This document shows, piece after piece, positions 54,822 to 64,000 of a DNA stretch of 64,000 nucleotides; position 1 is the first letter of the stretch; each line of letters opens with the position of its first letter. The notes under the pieces are model-generated. The model did no database searches and was not told the DNA's origin. It worked only from the letters and a program-made list of their open reading frames with translations. The translations under genes and the position numbers were made by a program. Origin of the DNA: Escherichia phage Mt1B1_P17; sequence record NC_052662.1; one strand, given 5' to 3'.

Positions 54822-55407
54822 ATCAAAACAAATCAATATTGCCAAAGAAATTCTTACCGTATTAAAGATCGCTGATCCTAATTCTGTCTTGGCTGGCGGT
54901 GCTGTTCGTGATTGGCGTATTCTTGATATTGCTGGACGTGATCTGGATTTCTATACATCCCTTCCTGCACATCGGACTGAAGAACAAATACAAGGATTAA
55001 TTGCATCTGCTTTAATGGGAACCAATATTCGTAAACTAGGAAACAAAGAGGCTTCTGACAATTATGAAGGTGTTACTGGTCTTAAACACGTTTTTGAGTT
55101 TGAACGTGATGGTCAGCTTTGCAACCTTATGATTATGGAACCAAGCGTAATGACAACCTTTCTAAATGAGTTCGATCTGTCCATCTGCCAGGCTGCATTT
55201 GATGGGAAGGACTGTTATTATTCTAAAGATTTTGAAACAACCTTGGAAACAGGGATCTGCTTCTTGCACAAAGATGTTAGAGAAGATGCCAAACATGTTA
55301 TTAAAATTGCTACACGTTTTCCATATCTTCGTTTTGTGAAAGAGGTTAAGGTTCCACGTCCACCTCAAGTAGATACCAGATTGGAAGAAGATGATATTCC
55401 TTGGTAA
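54814..55407 (+). CDS. minimal nucleotidyltransferase (Pol-beta superfamily; CCA-adding/poly(A)-polymerase-like head)
   Basis: GGAVRD followed by DLD motif (LAGGAVRDWRILDIAGRDLDFYT). Confidence 0.45.
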   Translation: MTKSKQINIAKEILTVLKIADPNSVLAGGAVRDWRILDIAGRDLDFYTSLPAHRTEEQIQGLIASALMGTNIRKLGNKEASDNYEGVTGLKHVFEFERDGQLCNLMIMEPSVMTTFLNEFDLSICQAAFDGKDCYYSKDFETTLETGICFLHKDVREDAKHVIKIATRFPYLRFVKEVKVPRPPQVDTRLEEDDIPW

Positions 55408-55452
55408 TTAAAGCTTGACAATATTAAACATTTTATGATAGGATAGCATTCA

Positions 55453-55845
55453 ATGACTGAACGTTCTAAGATAGCTGTTGAAACTGTTTATGGAAACTAT
55501 ACCAGTTTGACACTAGTTGAGAAAAATGTTGTAGGTCTTGACAACTCTTTTTATTTTCAAATTTTGGTTATTCAAGGTGGAAACAAGAAGCTAACTGCTC
55601 GTGTTGAAACCTCTGAAATAATTGAAACCACTGTTACAAACAAAGAATTCATTTCACTGCAAGATACAATCCGAAACGTTATAGACGAAGAAGGCAAAGC
55701 TGCCACAATTAAACTCGGAGGTTTCCCAGTGCAAATAGTTCATTTTCCTAATGGTGAAATTGGAGTTGGAATAGGTAAAGGTAAATACCTGTTAGAGCAA
55801 GATGATATGGAAAGACTCCGCTCTTTCTGTGCAAAATTAATGTAA
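55453..55845 (+). CDS. hypothetical protein (130 aa)
   Basis: ORF with RBS. Confidence 0.45.
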   Translation: MTERSKIAVETVYGNYTSLTLVEKNVVGLDNSFYFQILVIQGGNKKLTARVETSEIIETTVTNKEFISLQDTIRNVIDEEGKAATIKLGGFPVQIVHFPNGEIGVGIGKGKYLLEQDDMERLRSFCAKLM

Positions 55846-55861
55846 TGTAGAGGAGATAATA

Positions 55862-56794
55862 ATGTCCGTAATTAATACTGAAACTGATCGTAAAGGCAAA
55901 ACCGTAACTTATGCAACTGGTATCGTAGACTACGTTAAACTGGATAAATTCGCTGAACCTAAAACTTTTCATTGGGAAGGAAAAACGATTGTTTCAACTC
56001 ACCGAGCTTCTCTTGTTCTGAAAGAGAAAGGTGCTAAACCAGATGAGAAAGGTGTTTGGATTTCTCTTGGTGACATTGAACTGAAAGAAGGTTATGAAAA
56101 CCTGCAAGTCAAAGAAGGTGATAATTGGATCACTATTGAAAAAGGTGTAGAAGTAAGTATTGATATTGATCGCGTTGATAATAAAGGCGGTAAAACTTAC
56201 TACAATACTAAAAAATCTCGTATTACAGTATTGTCTACCGATGGTGTTCAGAAGTCTAACAAATCTTCTGGCAATAAAGGTTCCAACGATGCTGCTCCTA
56301 AGCAGTCCTATAAAAAACGTGATACCGTAGGCCTGGAAACTGGTCACGCAGTAAATGGTGCACTGGAACTGATTCGTAATGGTGTTAAAGGCGATGCTTT
56401 CGATATCGCTGGGGTTGTTCAATCTGCAACTGTCACACTGAAATCGGAAATTGCTGAATCTCGTGGCGTTGATATTAATGATTATGATCTTGGGGCGTCT
56501 GTTGGTCACGCTATCCTCAATGCTTGTAAAGACCATACCATTAAGACTGTATCTGTAGAAGATTTGATTGACTCTGCTCGTAAAGTTCTAGCTTTGTCTG
56601 ATAAAGTTGCTGCTGCCATTCGTGGTTCCGTAGAACAACCTAAGAAAGAAGAGAAGAAAGAAGTTAAAAAGCCTGAACCACAACCAGAACCAACTCCAAG
56701 TAATCAAGAAGAACCTCCAATGGACTTCGATGATGATATTCCATTTGCCCCTATTGGACTGCAATATGGTCGAAACTTCCTGCATTGCTTCTAA
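55862..56794 (+). CDS. single-stranded DNA-binding protein with E. coli SSB-like acidic tail motif
   Basis: Gly/Ser-rich linker then ...EEPPMDFDDDIPF, followed by 15 further codons before the stop. Confidence 0.5.
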   Translation: MSVINTETDRKGKTVTYATGIVDYVKLDKFAEPKTFHWEGKTIVSTHRASLVLKEKGAKPDEKGVWISLGDIELKEGYENLQVKEGDNWITIEKGVEVSIDIDRVDNKGGKTYYNTKKSRITVLSTDGVQKSNKSSGNKGSNDAAPKQSYKKRDTVGLETGHAVNGALELIRNGVKGDAFDIAGVVQSATVTLKSEIAESRGVDINDYDLGASVGHAILNACKDHTIKTVSVEDLIDSARKVLALSDKVAAAIRGSVEQPKKEEKKEVKKPEPQPEPTPSNQEEPPMDFDDDIPFAPIGLQYGRNFLHCF

Positions 56795-57260
56795 GGTTTG
56801 TTTCAAGTGCGGGGTGTTAAAGCCCCTCACTGAATTTTACAAACATAAAGCTATGGCTGACGGTCACGTCAATAAATGCAAAGAATGTAATAAGAAAGAT
56901 GTTAAACAGAATCGTAAAGATAAATCTGAATATTACAAAGAGTATGATAAAAACAGAGATCAGACCCCAGAGCGCAAAGCTTTAAAAGAGGCTTACGCAA
57001 AAGGGAAAGGTAAAGATAAGGCTAATGAAGCTAAGAAACGTTACATCGAAAAGAATCCGAAAAAACGTTCTGCTCATATAGCTGTAGGTAACGCACTACG
57101 AGATGGAAAGTTAATAAAACAACCTTGCCAAGTGTGTGGGTCTGTTGATGTTCATGCTCATCATTGTGATTATGATAAACCGTTAGATGTTCTATGGCTG
57201 TGTCCTCTGCACCATGAAGCTTGGCATCAAGAACATGGGGAAGGGTTGAACGCTGAATAA
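56766..57260 (+). CDS. HNH homing-endonuclease-like protein
   Basis: N-terminal Cys cluster CFKCG...CKEC and C-terminal HNH motif VHAHHCDYDKPLDVLWLCPLHH; start uncertain (56730 or 56766), overlaps the SSB 3' end. Confidence 0.6.
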   Translation: MVETSCIASKVCFKCGVLKPLTEFYKHKAMADGHVNKCKECNKKDVKQNRKDKSEYYKEYDKNRDQTPERKALKEAYAKGKGKDKANEAKKRYIEKNPKKRSAHIAVGNALRDGKLIKQPCQVCGSVDVHAHHCDYDKPLDVLWLCPLHHEAWHQEHGEGLNAE

Positions 57261-57265
57261 AAGAA

Positions 57266-57290
57266 AGGAGCCAAATGGCTCCTTTTCTTA
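57266..57290. terminator. bidirectional terminator AGGAGCC-AAAT-GGCTCCT between convergent genes
   Basis: Perfect 7-bp stem with T-rich runs on both strands. Confidence 0.6.
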
Positions 57291-59960
57291 TTTATAACCC
57301 GAAGGAATATTGTTATAATCAGAAAGTTTTGTGCAATACCTGAATAGGTAACTATTAGCTACTCCACCTAATGTATTTGTTAATGTTGTTCCTGTTCCTG
57401 TAAGATTTGTGCATCCACTAAAGAAAGAAGATAATGCTCCACGTTTACCACAAACAGTTAACCCTGGGTTGTCATTAAAGATTTTATTAAAATCTGTAAG
57501 TGCTAAACAACCTTGGAATGTAGCTGTTAAAGAGGTCACTTTCGTTGGAATATTATCAAACATTCCTGCTGGAACTTCTGCAAGAGAGGTGCAATCTTTA
57601 AAGGTGTAAGAATATCTTGTAACTTTTGATAGATTCTTAAATAAATCTGAAGGAATAGATGTTAAAGATGTACAACCTTCAAACGTGCTTGACATTGTTG
57701 TCATTGAAGGAAATAAAGTATCACTGAATAATCCTTCAGGGATAGCTGTCAAACTTGTGCAGCCAGAGAAGATACCACTTATAGATGTTCCGGTGTAAGA
57801 TGTGTTACTAAAACAATCAGAAGTTATTCGTCTTAAGTTAGCACAACCTTTTAAGAATTGTGAGGCTGGACTTGTAGAATAACCAATTCTGTTGCCGCCC
57901 CATAATTCTAAAAGATCTGGATTTGCTTCCATAGACACATCAACACTATTCACTACTGAAGCACTTGCAAATTCAATAGCCAGTCTATATTCTCCTGCTG
58001 GATAACTATCCACTGTAGAGAAAGCTTTATTTCTAAATATTACTTTATTTGAAGGTATTACAACGTCATCCACCTTAACTACAAAGTTAGCTGGTGTGAC
58101 AGTACCCGATAAAATTGGGAACGTAATTGCCCCATCTGCCGAGTGGTTGAAATATCCGTTTAGAACCGTTAAACTACTACTCGGAGATGGAGCTAACTCC
58201 TTTCCCGCAACAGCATTCACCGTTAAATAAGAACTATCGGAAGCGGTAACAACACCTTGATACGTAGCTGTGCAACCAATCCTACAACCACCATCACCAA
58301 CACCAGTTATTACACCAGTTGTAGGATCTACTGTAGCAACACTAGGATCTGTAGTTGTATATTCAACAACCATGCCAGGTAAGCTTGCTGCCCCTGTTGG
58401 CGTTATTTCTGCTACCATTGTTTGTGTTGTTCCTACATCCATCGCAGATAAGCTAGGAGTGTAAACGCTCAATGTTGAAGCATATCCTCCAGAGGTATCT
58501 GATAAAGTTGTTCCTTCAGCGTTTAAGGCTGTCATACCTGCATCAAAACCACCTTCTGCATGGAAAGTCATTAAACCAGTAGATGATATTGTCATGTTTG
58601 CAGGGGCAGAAGAAGTGTATTTAATATTGAAAAGTTTACCTCCTTCTGGGCTAACAGAATGTGTCAACTGTTTAGTTCCACCTACAATACAAATTCCTAA
58701 AGAATCTGTAGTTAAGCCAGTTGCCAGAATATCACCCGTAATCACGGAGCTTGCTATTGGTGTGAATTTATTATAGTTTAGACCACTATTGAACAGATAA
58801 GAGGCTTTCCCATCTTTCCAAATACCGGAATAATACATATCTCCATTATAAACGAAAAAGGTTCCTTGATAACCTAATTGGTTAGTAATATCCATATTCA
58901 GCGTATGAACGCTTGTGAGCTTGTTTATATCCCAGGAACCCACTCCTTCAGGTTTAACTGGTTTTCCCACTTGGAGTGGATCTCCGCTCGCAGAATCATA
59001 CCCCAAACCTAAGTTTGCAGTATAGTTCTTACCAATAGCCCACAAGGAATTATTGATCCCAACGAAAAAAGAGTGGCGGCTTGGTGGAAATTTCCATGTT
59101 GAGAAACCTGCTGCAAAGGTATCCAGTTTAGTGTAGGTTGTTTCTGTATTAGACCTGACATATAAGTAGTTTACCGTGCCCGTACCACCGGAGGTATCTC
59201 CTACAACTATTGTCTGGGAAACTGTATTGATGTAATCTTTGACATACACTGTTTCAGTAGTGGATATCGTGGCATTGACAAAAGCGGTTGTTGTGTTATT
59301 ATTACCTGCTAAACCTTTACTGGCTCCACAAACACGCAAGGTTCCCACATTGTTGACATAAGAGCATTGGTTGTAACCTGCATCAAAAGCAATTGCTGCA
59401 CTTGTTATCTGACGAGGAGTAGAAACCTCGTTAGTAGTACTTGCACCTAAACTACCTACTGTGTTTTGACCTGATCCATAAAGAACACCACTATTCATTA
59501 ACCAGAGAGTGTTGTTATATCCTCCCTTAACCTCTTTAAGATTGGCTAAAGAGATAGTCCCTGTTATTACAGATGGAAAGCTGGTCCAAGTAGTTACACA
59601 TGCGTCCGTACCACCTGCTGCTATAGATCCTACCAATCCTGCTGTCAATCCTGAATATTGCCATCCCCCACTGTTAGTTTTAATAACAAAACAACGATCT
59701 GCGGTAAACACATCCGCTACTACAGTAGAAGCTAAGTGGAAATTATTGAATCGTGCACTACGAGTTCCATCTGCAATCTCACCAAAAAGGTTTGCGCCTT
59801 GAGTAAACAATCTACCATCATTAAGCAAAATTGCTAAACTGCTGTTAGAATTACCAGCATTATCTGGGTAATCTAAAGTGATTACTTTTTTAACAATACC
59901 TGCTGGCAGAGGAACGACACCAGTGCTGGTCATAATAGTAAATATTGGAATTGGAAACAT
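57288..59960 (-). CDS. tail fibre / receptor-binding protein with C-terminal leucine-rich-repeat-like (BspA-type) module
   Basis: 890 aa, G/T/S/N-rich; C-terminal repeats of F.GCTSLT.IP..LF about every 25 aa; RBS GGAGGG. Confidence 0.55.
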   Translation of the reverse strand: MFPIPIFTIMTSTGVVPLPAGIVKKVITLDYPDNAGNSNSSLAILLNDGRLFTQGANLFGEIADGTRSARFNNFHLASTVVADVFTADRCFVIKTNSGGWQYSGLTAGLVGSIAAGGTDACVTTWTSFPSVITGTISLANLKEVKGGYNNTLWLMNSGVLYGSGQNTVGSLGASTTNEVSTPRQITSAAIAFDAGYNQCSYVNNVGTLRVCGASKGLAGNNNTTTAFVNATISTTETVYVKDYINTVSQTIVVGDTSGGTGTVNYLYVRSNTETTYTKLDTFAAGFSTWKFPPSRHSFFVGINNSLWAIGKNYTANLGLGYDSASGDPLQVGKPVKPEGVGSWDINKLTSVHTLNMDITNQLGYQGTFFVYNGDMYYSGIWKDGKASYLFNSGLNYNKFTPIASSVITGDILATGLTTDSLGICIVGGTKQLTHSVSPEGGKLFNIKYTSSAPANMTISSTGLMTFHAEGGFDAGMTALNAEGTTLSDTSGGYASTLSVYTPSLSAMDVGTTQTMVAEITPTGAASLPGMVVEYTTTDPSVATVDPTTGVITGVGDGGCRIGCTATYQGVVTASDSSYLTVNAVAGKELAPSPSSSLTVLNGYFNHSADGAITFPILSGTVTPANFVVKVDDVVIPSNKVIFRNKAFSTVDSYPAGEYRLAIEFASASVVNSVDVSMEANPDLLELWGGNRIGYSTSPASQFLKGCANLRRITSDCFSNTSYTGTSISGIFSGCTSLTAIPEGLFSDTLFPSMTTMSSTFEGCTSLTSIPSDLFKNLSKVTRYSYTFKDCTSLAEVPAGMFDNIPTKVTSLTATFQGCLALTDFNKIFNDNPGLTVCGKRGALSSFFSGCTNLTGTGTTLTNTLGGVANSYLFRYCTKLSDYNNIPSGYK

Positions 59961-59970
59961 TTAAACCCTC

Positions 59971-59998
59971 CATAAAAAGAAAGCCCCTTTCGGGGCTT
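59971..59998 (-). terminator. intrinsic terminator AAGCCCC-GAAA-GGGGCTT plus T-tract
   Basis: Hairpin downstream of collagen-like fibre gene stop on the minus strand. Confidence 0.6.
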
Positions 59999-60001
59999 CT
60001 G

Positions 60002-62026
60002 TTATCGTGTTACAACAACCATGTCCACGATATCACCCACACCAGGATACGTTAATTGCAAAATTGTTACTGCGTTAGCAGTAGTTGCTATTTCTGTATC
60101 ATTTAGTGCTCCATAAGACGCATCTAGTGTAACCGTGTGTCCCGTTGTATCTTGAATCAAATAAATCATTGCTGAAAACGCTTTAGGTTTTGTAGAGCCA
60201 GTGACACCAGGCCATGCTCCAACTGTCAGAGCGTCAGTTACTGTAACAACATACATATTGGAAGTTCCAGAAGGAGTCCAAGATGCTCCAGAGTTGGCAG
60301 TAGTTGTTTCAAGTTCCATGAAACCTGCTGTAACTTTAGTTGGTGTTATAGCTTCCGTAGGATCTGATCCTGATATTTCGATCCAGTTTCCATCAGAACG
60401 ACCATACGTCAAGCCGTCTTGAGGGGCTTCTGGTATACTAGGAAGAGTTCCTATAAGCGTCCACGTAGAAGAATCTGTTTTCTTAAACACTGCTCCAGTG
60501 GTAGTATTGAAGGCGTAATCATTGATAACACCGTCTCCTGCGACTGGATTAGTTGTTGCTACAAACCACTGTGCGCCGTCCTTACCGTTGGTCCCATCAG
60601 TACCGTTGGTTCCGTTTGTTCCAGGATCACCCTTATCTCCTTTATCCCCTTTTTCACCTTTGTCGCCTTTAATACTTCCCATGTCAACAAAAGATGCGGA
60701 ATTGGTGTCTTGATCGTAGGTATAGATGTAAAGATTACTAGTGTCTTCAGTTAAGTAAGCATCACCATAGTTATTGTAAACAGGGAGAGCTTCACTGTTC
60801 GGAACATGACCTTTAGCTGTAATTGATGTTCCTCCAAGACTGCCAACATTCATCCATTCCGTAGCATCTTGGACCCAAACATACAAATCATTATTAATTT
60901 TATATGCATCACCTACTTCTCCAGTCGGAGGAAGTTCAGCTTCGCTGTTCAGAACCCCGATAATCTCTAAGCCTGATCCTGTTGCACCAACTGGTCCTTG
61001 TGGACCTAATTCACCTTGTGGACCTTGCTCTCCTTGATCACCCTTGTCTCCTTTTGGACCTTTAAGCGAGGCAATGAAATCTACTTCTGTCCCTTCATTA
61101 CCAGCATCCAGCCAACTTTGATATGCAGATTTCCCTTCATCTCCATCTGTTCCATCTAGACCGTCTTTACCTGCCTCACCTTGTGGACCTTGAGGACCAA
61201 CAATATTACCCATGTTGACCCAAGCTGTCCCATTGGAGACATAAAGATTACCATTGATAGAATAAGCTTGGCTTACGTTTTCAGAGTTAGGTTGTGGTAA
61301 GTTACTTGTAGAAGGCAAATCCCCACGATAATCAAAACCGTTGGCGTTAACACCAGGTGCTCCCTGTGGCCCTGTAGGACCAACATCGCCTTTATCACCT
61401 TTTATAGAGGTAAGAAAATCATAAACAGATCCTGTATTACCATCTGCCAACCATACCTCGTAAGCTGATTTACCTTCTGGCCCAAGAGAAGAAATAAGTT
61501 TCCAAACAGAACCATCCCAAGCGTAGATTACATCACCTACGATATAACCATCCCCTGCAACGTTACCTGTAGATGGTAGTTCACTAGTGCTTGCTAATGA
61601 TCCTTTAATATTAAGTTGAGCACCAGTGTCCCCTTTCAAAGAAGCAAGCCATTGTGCTTCTGTTCCAACAAAACCATTATCAAGTGCGATCTGATAAGCC
61701 GATTTACCAGCTTCAGGTATTGTTTCCGACAGATCATCAATCTGTTGCTGCATTGCCGTAAACTTGGCATTGATAATTGCTATATCATCGGCGGTCCCAA
61801 CACTTTGCCATGCAAGGGAAGAAATACCACCTGTGGTGGCTGGCGTAGAGTTTGCTGGAACTACTTTAGGAAAAGTTCCTTTCCATTGGTAATAATTCCC
61901 TTCTGCTGCTAACAGCAAAACTTCACGGGAATTACGTAATGTAAAACCTGCCTCAAAGCTGCGACGTTTTCGATAAGTAGCTTCTACCAGATCGGCTATC
62001 GCACTATTAGGTCTTGTTAAATTCAT
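60002..62026 (-). CDS. collagen-like tail fibre protein
   Basis: Multiple Gly-X-Y tracts (GPQGPQGEAGKDGLDGTDG, KGPKGDKGDQGEQGPQGELGPQGPVG, KGDKGEKGDKGDKGDPG); RBS AGGAGAG. Confidence 0.6.
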   Translation of the reverse strand: MNLTRPNSAIADLVEATYRKRRSFEAGFTLRNSREVLLLAAEGNYYQWKGTFPKVVPANSTPATTGGISSLAWQSVGTADDIAIINAKFTAMQQQIDDLSETIPEAGKSAYQIALDNGFVGTEAQWLASLKGDTGAQLNIKGSLASTSELPSTGNVAGDGYIVGDVIYAWDGSVWKLISSLGPEGKSAYEVWLADGNTGSVYDFLTSIKGDKGDVGPTGPQGAPGVNANGFDYRGDLPSTSNLPQPNSENVSQAYSINGNLYVSNGTAWVNMGNIVGPQGPQGEAGKDGLDGTDGDEGKSAYQSWLDAGNEGTEVDFIASLKGPKGDKGDQGEQGPQGELGPQGPVGATGSGLEIIGVLNSEAELPPTGEVGDAYKINNDLYVWVQDATEWMNVGSLGGTSITAKGHVPNSEALPVYNNYGDAYLTEDTSNLYIYTYDQDTNSASFVDMGSIKGDKGEKGDKGDKGDPGTNGTNGTDGTNGKDGAQWFVATTNPVAGDGVINDYAFNTTTGAVFKKTDSSTWTLIGTLPSIPEAPQDGLTYGRSDGNWIEISGSDPTEAITPTKVTAGFMELETTTANSGASWTPSGTSNMYVVTVTDALTVGAWPGVTGSTKPKAFSAMIYLIQDTTGHTVTLDASYGALNDTEIATTANAVTILQLTYPGVGDIVDMVVVTR

Positions 62027-62054
62027 TTATCTCTCCTATCATTAGACCATTCTA

Positions 62055-62082
62055 TTGGAAGAAGAGGGGGAAATCCCCCTCT
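62055..62082 (-). terminator. terminator hairpin AGAGGGGG-AAAT-CCCCCTCT
   Basis: Perfect 8-bp stem downstream of tailspike gene stop. Confidence 0.55.
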
Positions 62083-62088
62083 ATTCCA

Positions 62089-64000
62089 TTAGGTTGTTGG
62101 CACATCTACTACTGGCGTTGGGCGAATAACCGCAGTATTACCTACAGAAACATTACTGGAATCATTAGGTATGGTTTTAATTCTAACTCCAGCACTTGTA
62201 GGCGTTACAATTGGATCTGCAATGTCTATTTTAACTGGGTTAGTCCACGTATCATTATCTTGATAAGGTGCACGAGTAATAACTGTGTCCAAATCTGCTC
62301 CACCTACGCCAGCACCAGGAATACGGATACGTGTCCCTGCTGACAGAGGGTAATGATACAACCAAGAAGCATTTGTTGCTGTCCCGTTAGGAGTCAAGTT
62401 CTGTGTCAGGAAGGTATCTCCTGCCTGTGTAGCTCGAATACCGAAAGCTGGGATATCTGGAATATATGCCCCACTTGTTGTTACAAGGAAGAACGTATTA
62501 TCCGCCTTGACTATCATATCACCTTTGTCAAACTCTTTCCCTGTTGGGAAATGCATTCCATCAATGTTTCGACTAGGATTAGGCTCTAAGTAATAAACTT
62601 TGCCAGTTGTTCCTACAATAGCTCCAATACCACCTGCGATATTGGTATACATATTAGCTTCAACATTACAGTTGACACGATGAATATCCGAGTAACGGCA
62701 ACGGCTCCACTGTGGACGACCAGTAACCATCGTCTTGCCATCTGGGTAACAGTTTACGTTAACCATTTCAAGAACAGATTTTTCTCTACGGAAGAATCCA
62801 TCATAAAATGTCCCTGGACCAGATTCAGGTTGACCAACACAATCGAAGATATTACAGGTGATGTTAGACATTGAAAGCCAAGAAGCTATACCGAACAACT
62901 GCAATGCAGCGCAACGAATATTTTCAAAGCTAACTCTGTTTTCATAACCTGGCCCAGCGGAAACTCCTGCAAAAACACGCCCAGTTTTGGTGTGAATATT
63001 ACGAACAGAATAGTTAAAGCATGGGTTTGAAGGTCTACCCTGTGCCGGAACTACCGGATTACCCTCTTCGTCCAGAACTGCGTTAGTTCCCCACTCCAAA
63101 TAAATCATACGGATATTACTTGCAAGTGTGCTACCGTCTGTTTTAGGCTCTCCGTAAACACCGTCAATCGTAAAATCTTTACTTCCATACATTACAACTG
63201 CGCCAGTTGCCAAACCTGTCCCAACAGATACGGTTTGATCTGGATCGCCATGAATGTTTTCGATAGAGATATTACGACCAACTTCTACGTGGACAATCTG
63301 ACGACAACGTTTTGCAAAAACGTTACGAATTGTAATATTCTTGCAATATTGATCATCAGGGATTCCGTAACCATATGGTCCTTTACCAGCTACACCGATA
63401 CCGATACCCCAGTTGGACAGAGGAATAGGAGCGTTAGTCCCATCGATATTAGACAGGTAAATATTCTCAATCACACAACCATCGTCATAATGTTTATTGA
63501 TGACGTTCAGTTCTATTGCATCACCTTGCATGTCCATGAAGGTAAGGTTACGGAAGACACCACGTGTTACTGGTTCCCCTGTTCCTTGTTGAAGGATGCC
63601 ATACAACCCGTTTTTAAAAGTACAGTTATCAATTTCAAAAGTACCTGATATTGGGTTGCCTTGGAATACCAAGCTACCAACTTGACCTGGGCGAGGAGCA
63701 CCGTCCCACAAACAATCGAACATGCGCACAGCACCACCCCAATACATAACACGAGAGTTACGGAAAGTTGTGCCTTCTACTGTAGCATTCTGCACACGAT
63801 AGTCGCGTTGACCACGGAACACACCACCACGCAAAGTGATATCTTGAATATCAAAAGAGCTTGTCGTGAAAGTCATATCGCAACCGTAAGCATCGAGAAT
63901 CTTACTTTTCGAAGCTTTTGCTGCTAACAGTGCCGCCTGGAAAGCTGCTTCTGGTGTGGTATAGGTAGTTTTATTGTTAGCAAATTCTGACAAGTAGACA
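62089..64000 (-). CDS. tailspike-like protein with right-handed beta-helix (pectate-lyase-like) features; 5' end beyond window
   Basis: Reading frame is open to the window edge; repeated N..G/IxNxx motifs typical of beta-helix depolymerases. Confidence 0.5.
   Translation of the reverse strand, partial: VYLSEFANNKTTYTTPEAAFQAALLAAKASKSKILDAYGCDMTFTTSSFDIQDITLRGGVFRGQRDYRVQNATVEGTTFRNSRVMYWGGAVRMFDCLWDGAPRPGQVGSLVFQGNPISGTFEIDNCTFKNGLYGILQQGTGEPVTRGVFRNLTFMDMQGDAIELNVINKHYDDGCVIENIYLSNIDGTNAPIPLSNWGIGIGVAGKGPYGYGIPDDQYCKNITIRNVFAKRCRQIVHVEVGRNISIENIHGDPDQTVSVGTGLATGAVVMYGSKDFTIDGVYGEPKTDGSTLASNIRMIYLEWGTNAVLDEEGNPVVPAQGRPSNPCFNYSVRNIHTKTGRVFAGVSAGPGYENRVSFENIRCAALQLFGIASWLSMSNITCNIFDCVGQPESGPGTFYDGFFRREKSVLEMVNVNCYPDGKTMVTGRPQWSRCRYSDIHRVNCNVEANMYTNIAGGIGAIVGTTGKVYYLEPNPSRNIDGMHFPTGKEFDKGDMIVKADNTFFLVTTSGAYIPDIPAFGIRATQAGDTFLTQNLTPNGTATNASWLYHYPLSAGTRIRIPGAGVGGADLDTVITRAPYQDNDTWTNPVKIDIADPIVTPTSAGVRIKTIPNDSSNVSVGNTAVIRPTPVVDVPTT

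Noticed and set aside
57409-60754. Plus-strand track ORFs inside the minus-strand tail fibre genes (57409..57609, 58270..58464, 58594..58776, 59509..59802, 60201..60754)
   Set aside because: Antisense to long structural genes; their Pro/Val/Thr-rich translations mirror the Gly/Thr-rich fibre codons on the opposite strand.
1-64000. Prophage or temperate lifestyle
   Set aside because: No integrase, excisionase, CI/Cro-like repressor pair or attachment-site-like tRNA fragment was recognisable; gene content fits a virulent phage. The window may simply not include such genes.

Overview
This window looks like part of a virulent tailed dsDNA phage genome infecting a Gram-negative host; no integrase, repressor, tRNA or CRISPR array was found. 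All calls are from reading the sequence and ORF track by eye; no homology search was run. Layout: (1) 1..1120, an AT-rich non-coding region with palindromes and Fur-box-like motifs; (2) 1245..12502, about 35 small minus-strand early genes, most behind a repeated cassette of a sigma70-type promoter plus a GC-rich 5' hairpin; (3) 12500..13850, a regulatory island with an orphan consensus promoter, Fur-box-like palindromes and 40-bp direct repeats; (4) 13858..20130, a leftward operon including a NADAR-like protein, an AAA ATPase and a T5orf172-domain protein; (5) 20245..57260, a long rightward block with a UvrD-like helicase, anaerobic ribonucleotide reductase NrdD/NrdG, HAD hydrolase, phosphoribosyltransferase, macro domain, four glycosyltransferase-like genes, a T7 gp4-like primase-helicase, adenine methyltransferase, T7-like family A DNA polymerase, a nucleotidyltransferase, an SSB and an HNH endonuclease; (6) 57288..64000, minus-strand tail fibre and tailspike genes, the last running off the window. 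The most notable content is a Ter-like gene complex (TerC, vWA, TerD with duplicated small partner genes) at 35844..43766, next to a HAD/PRTase/macro trio, plus two ADP-ribose-processing domains (NADAR, macro) that could act as anti-defence genes.
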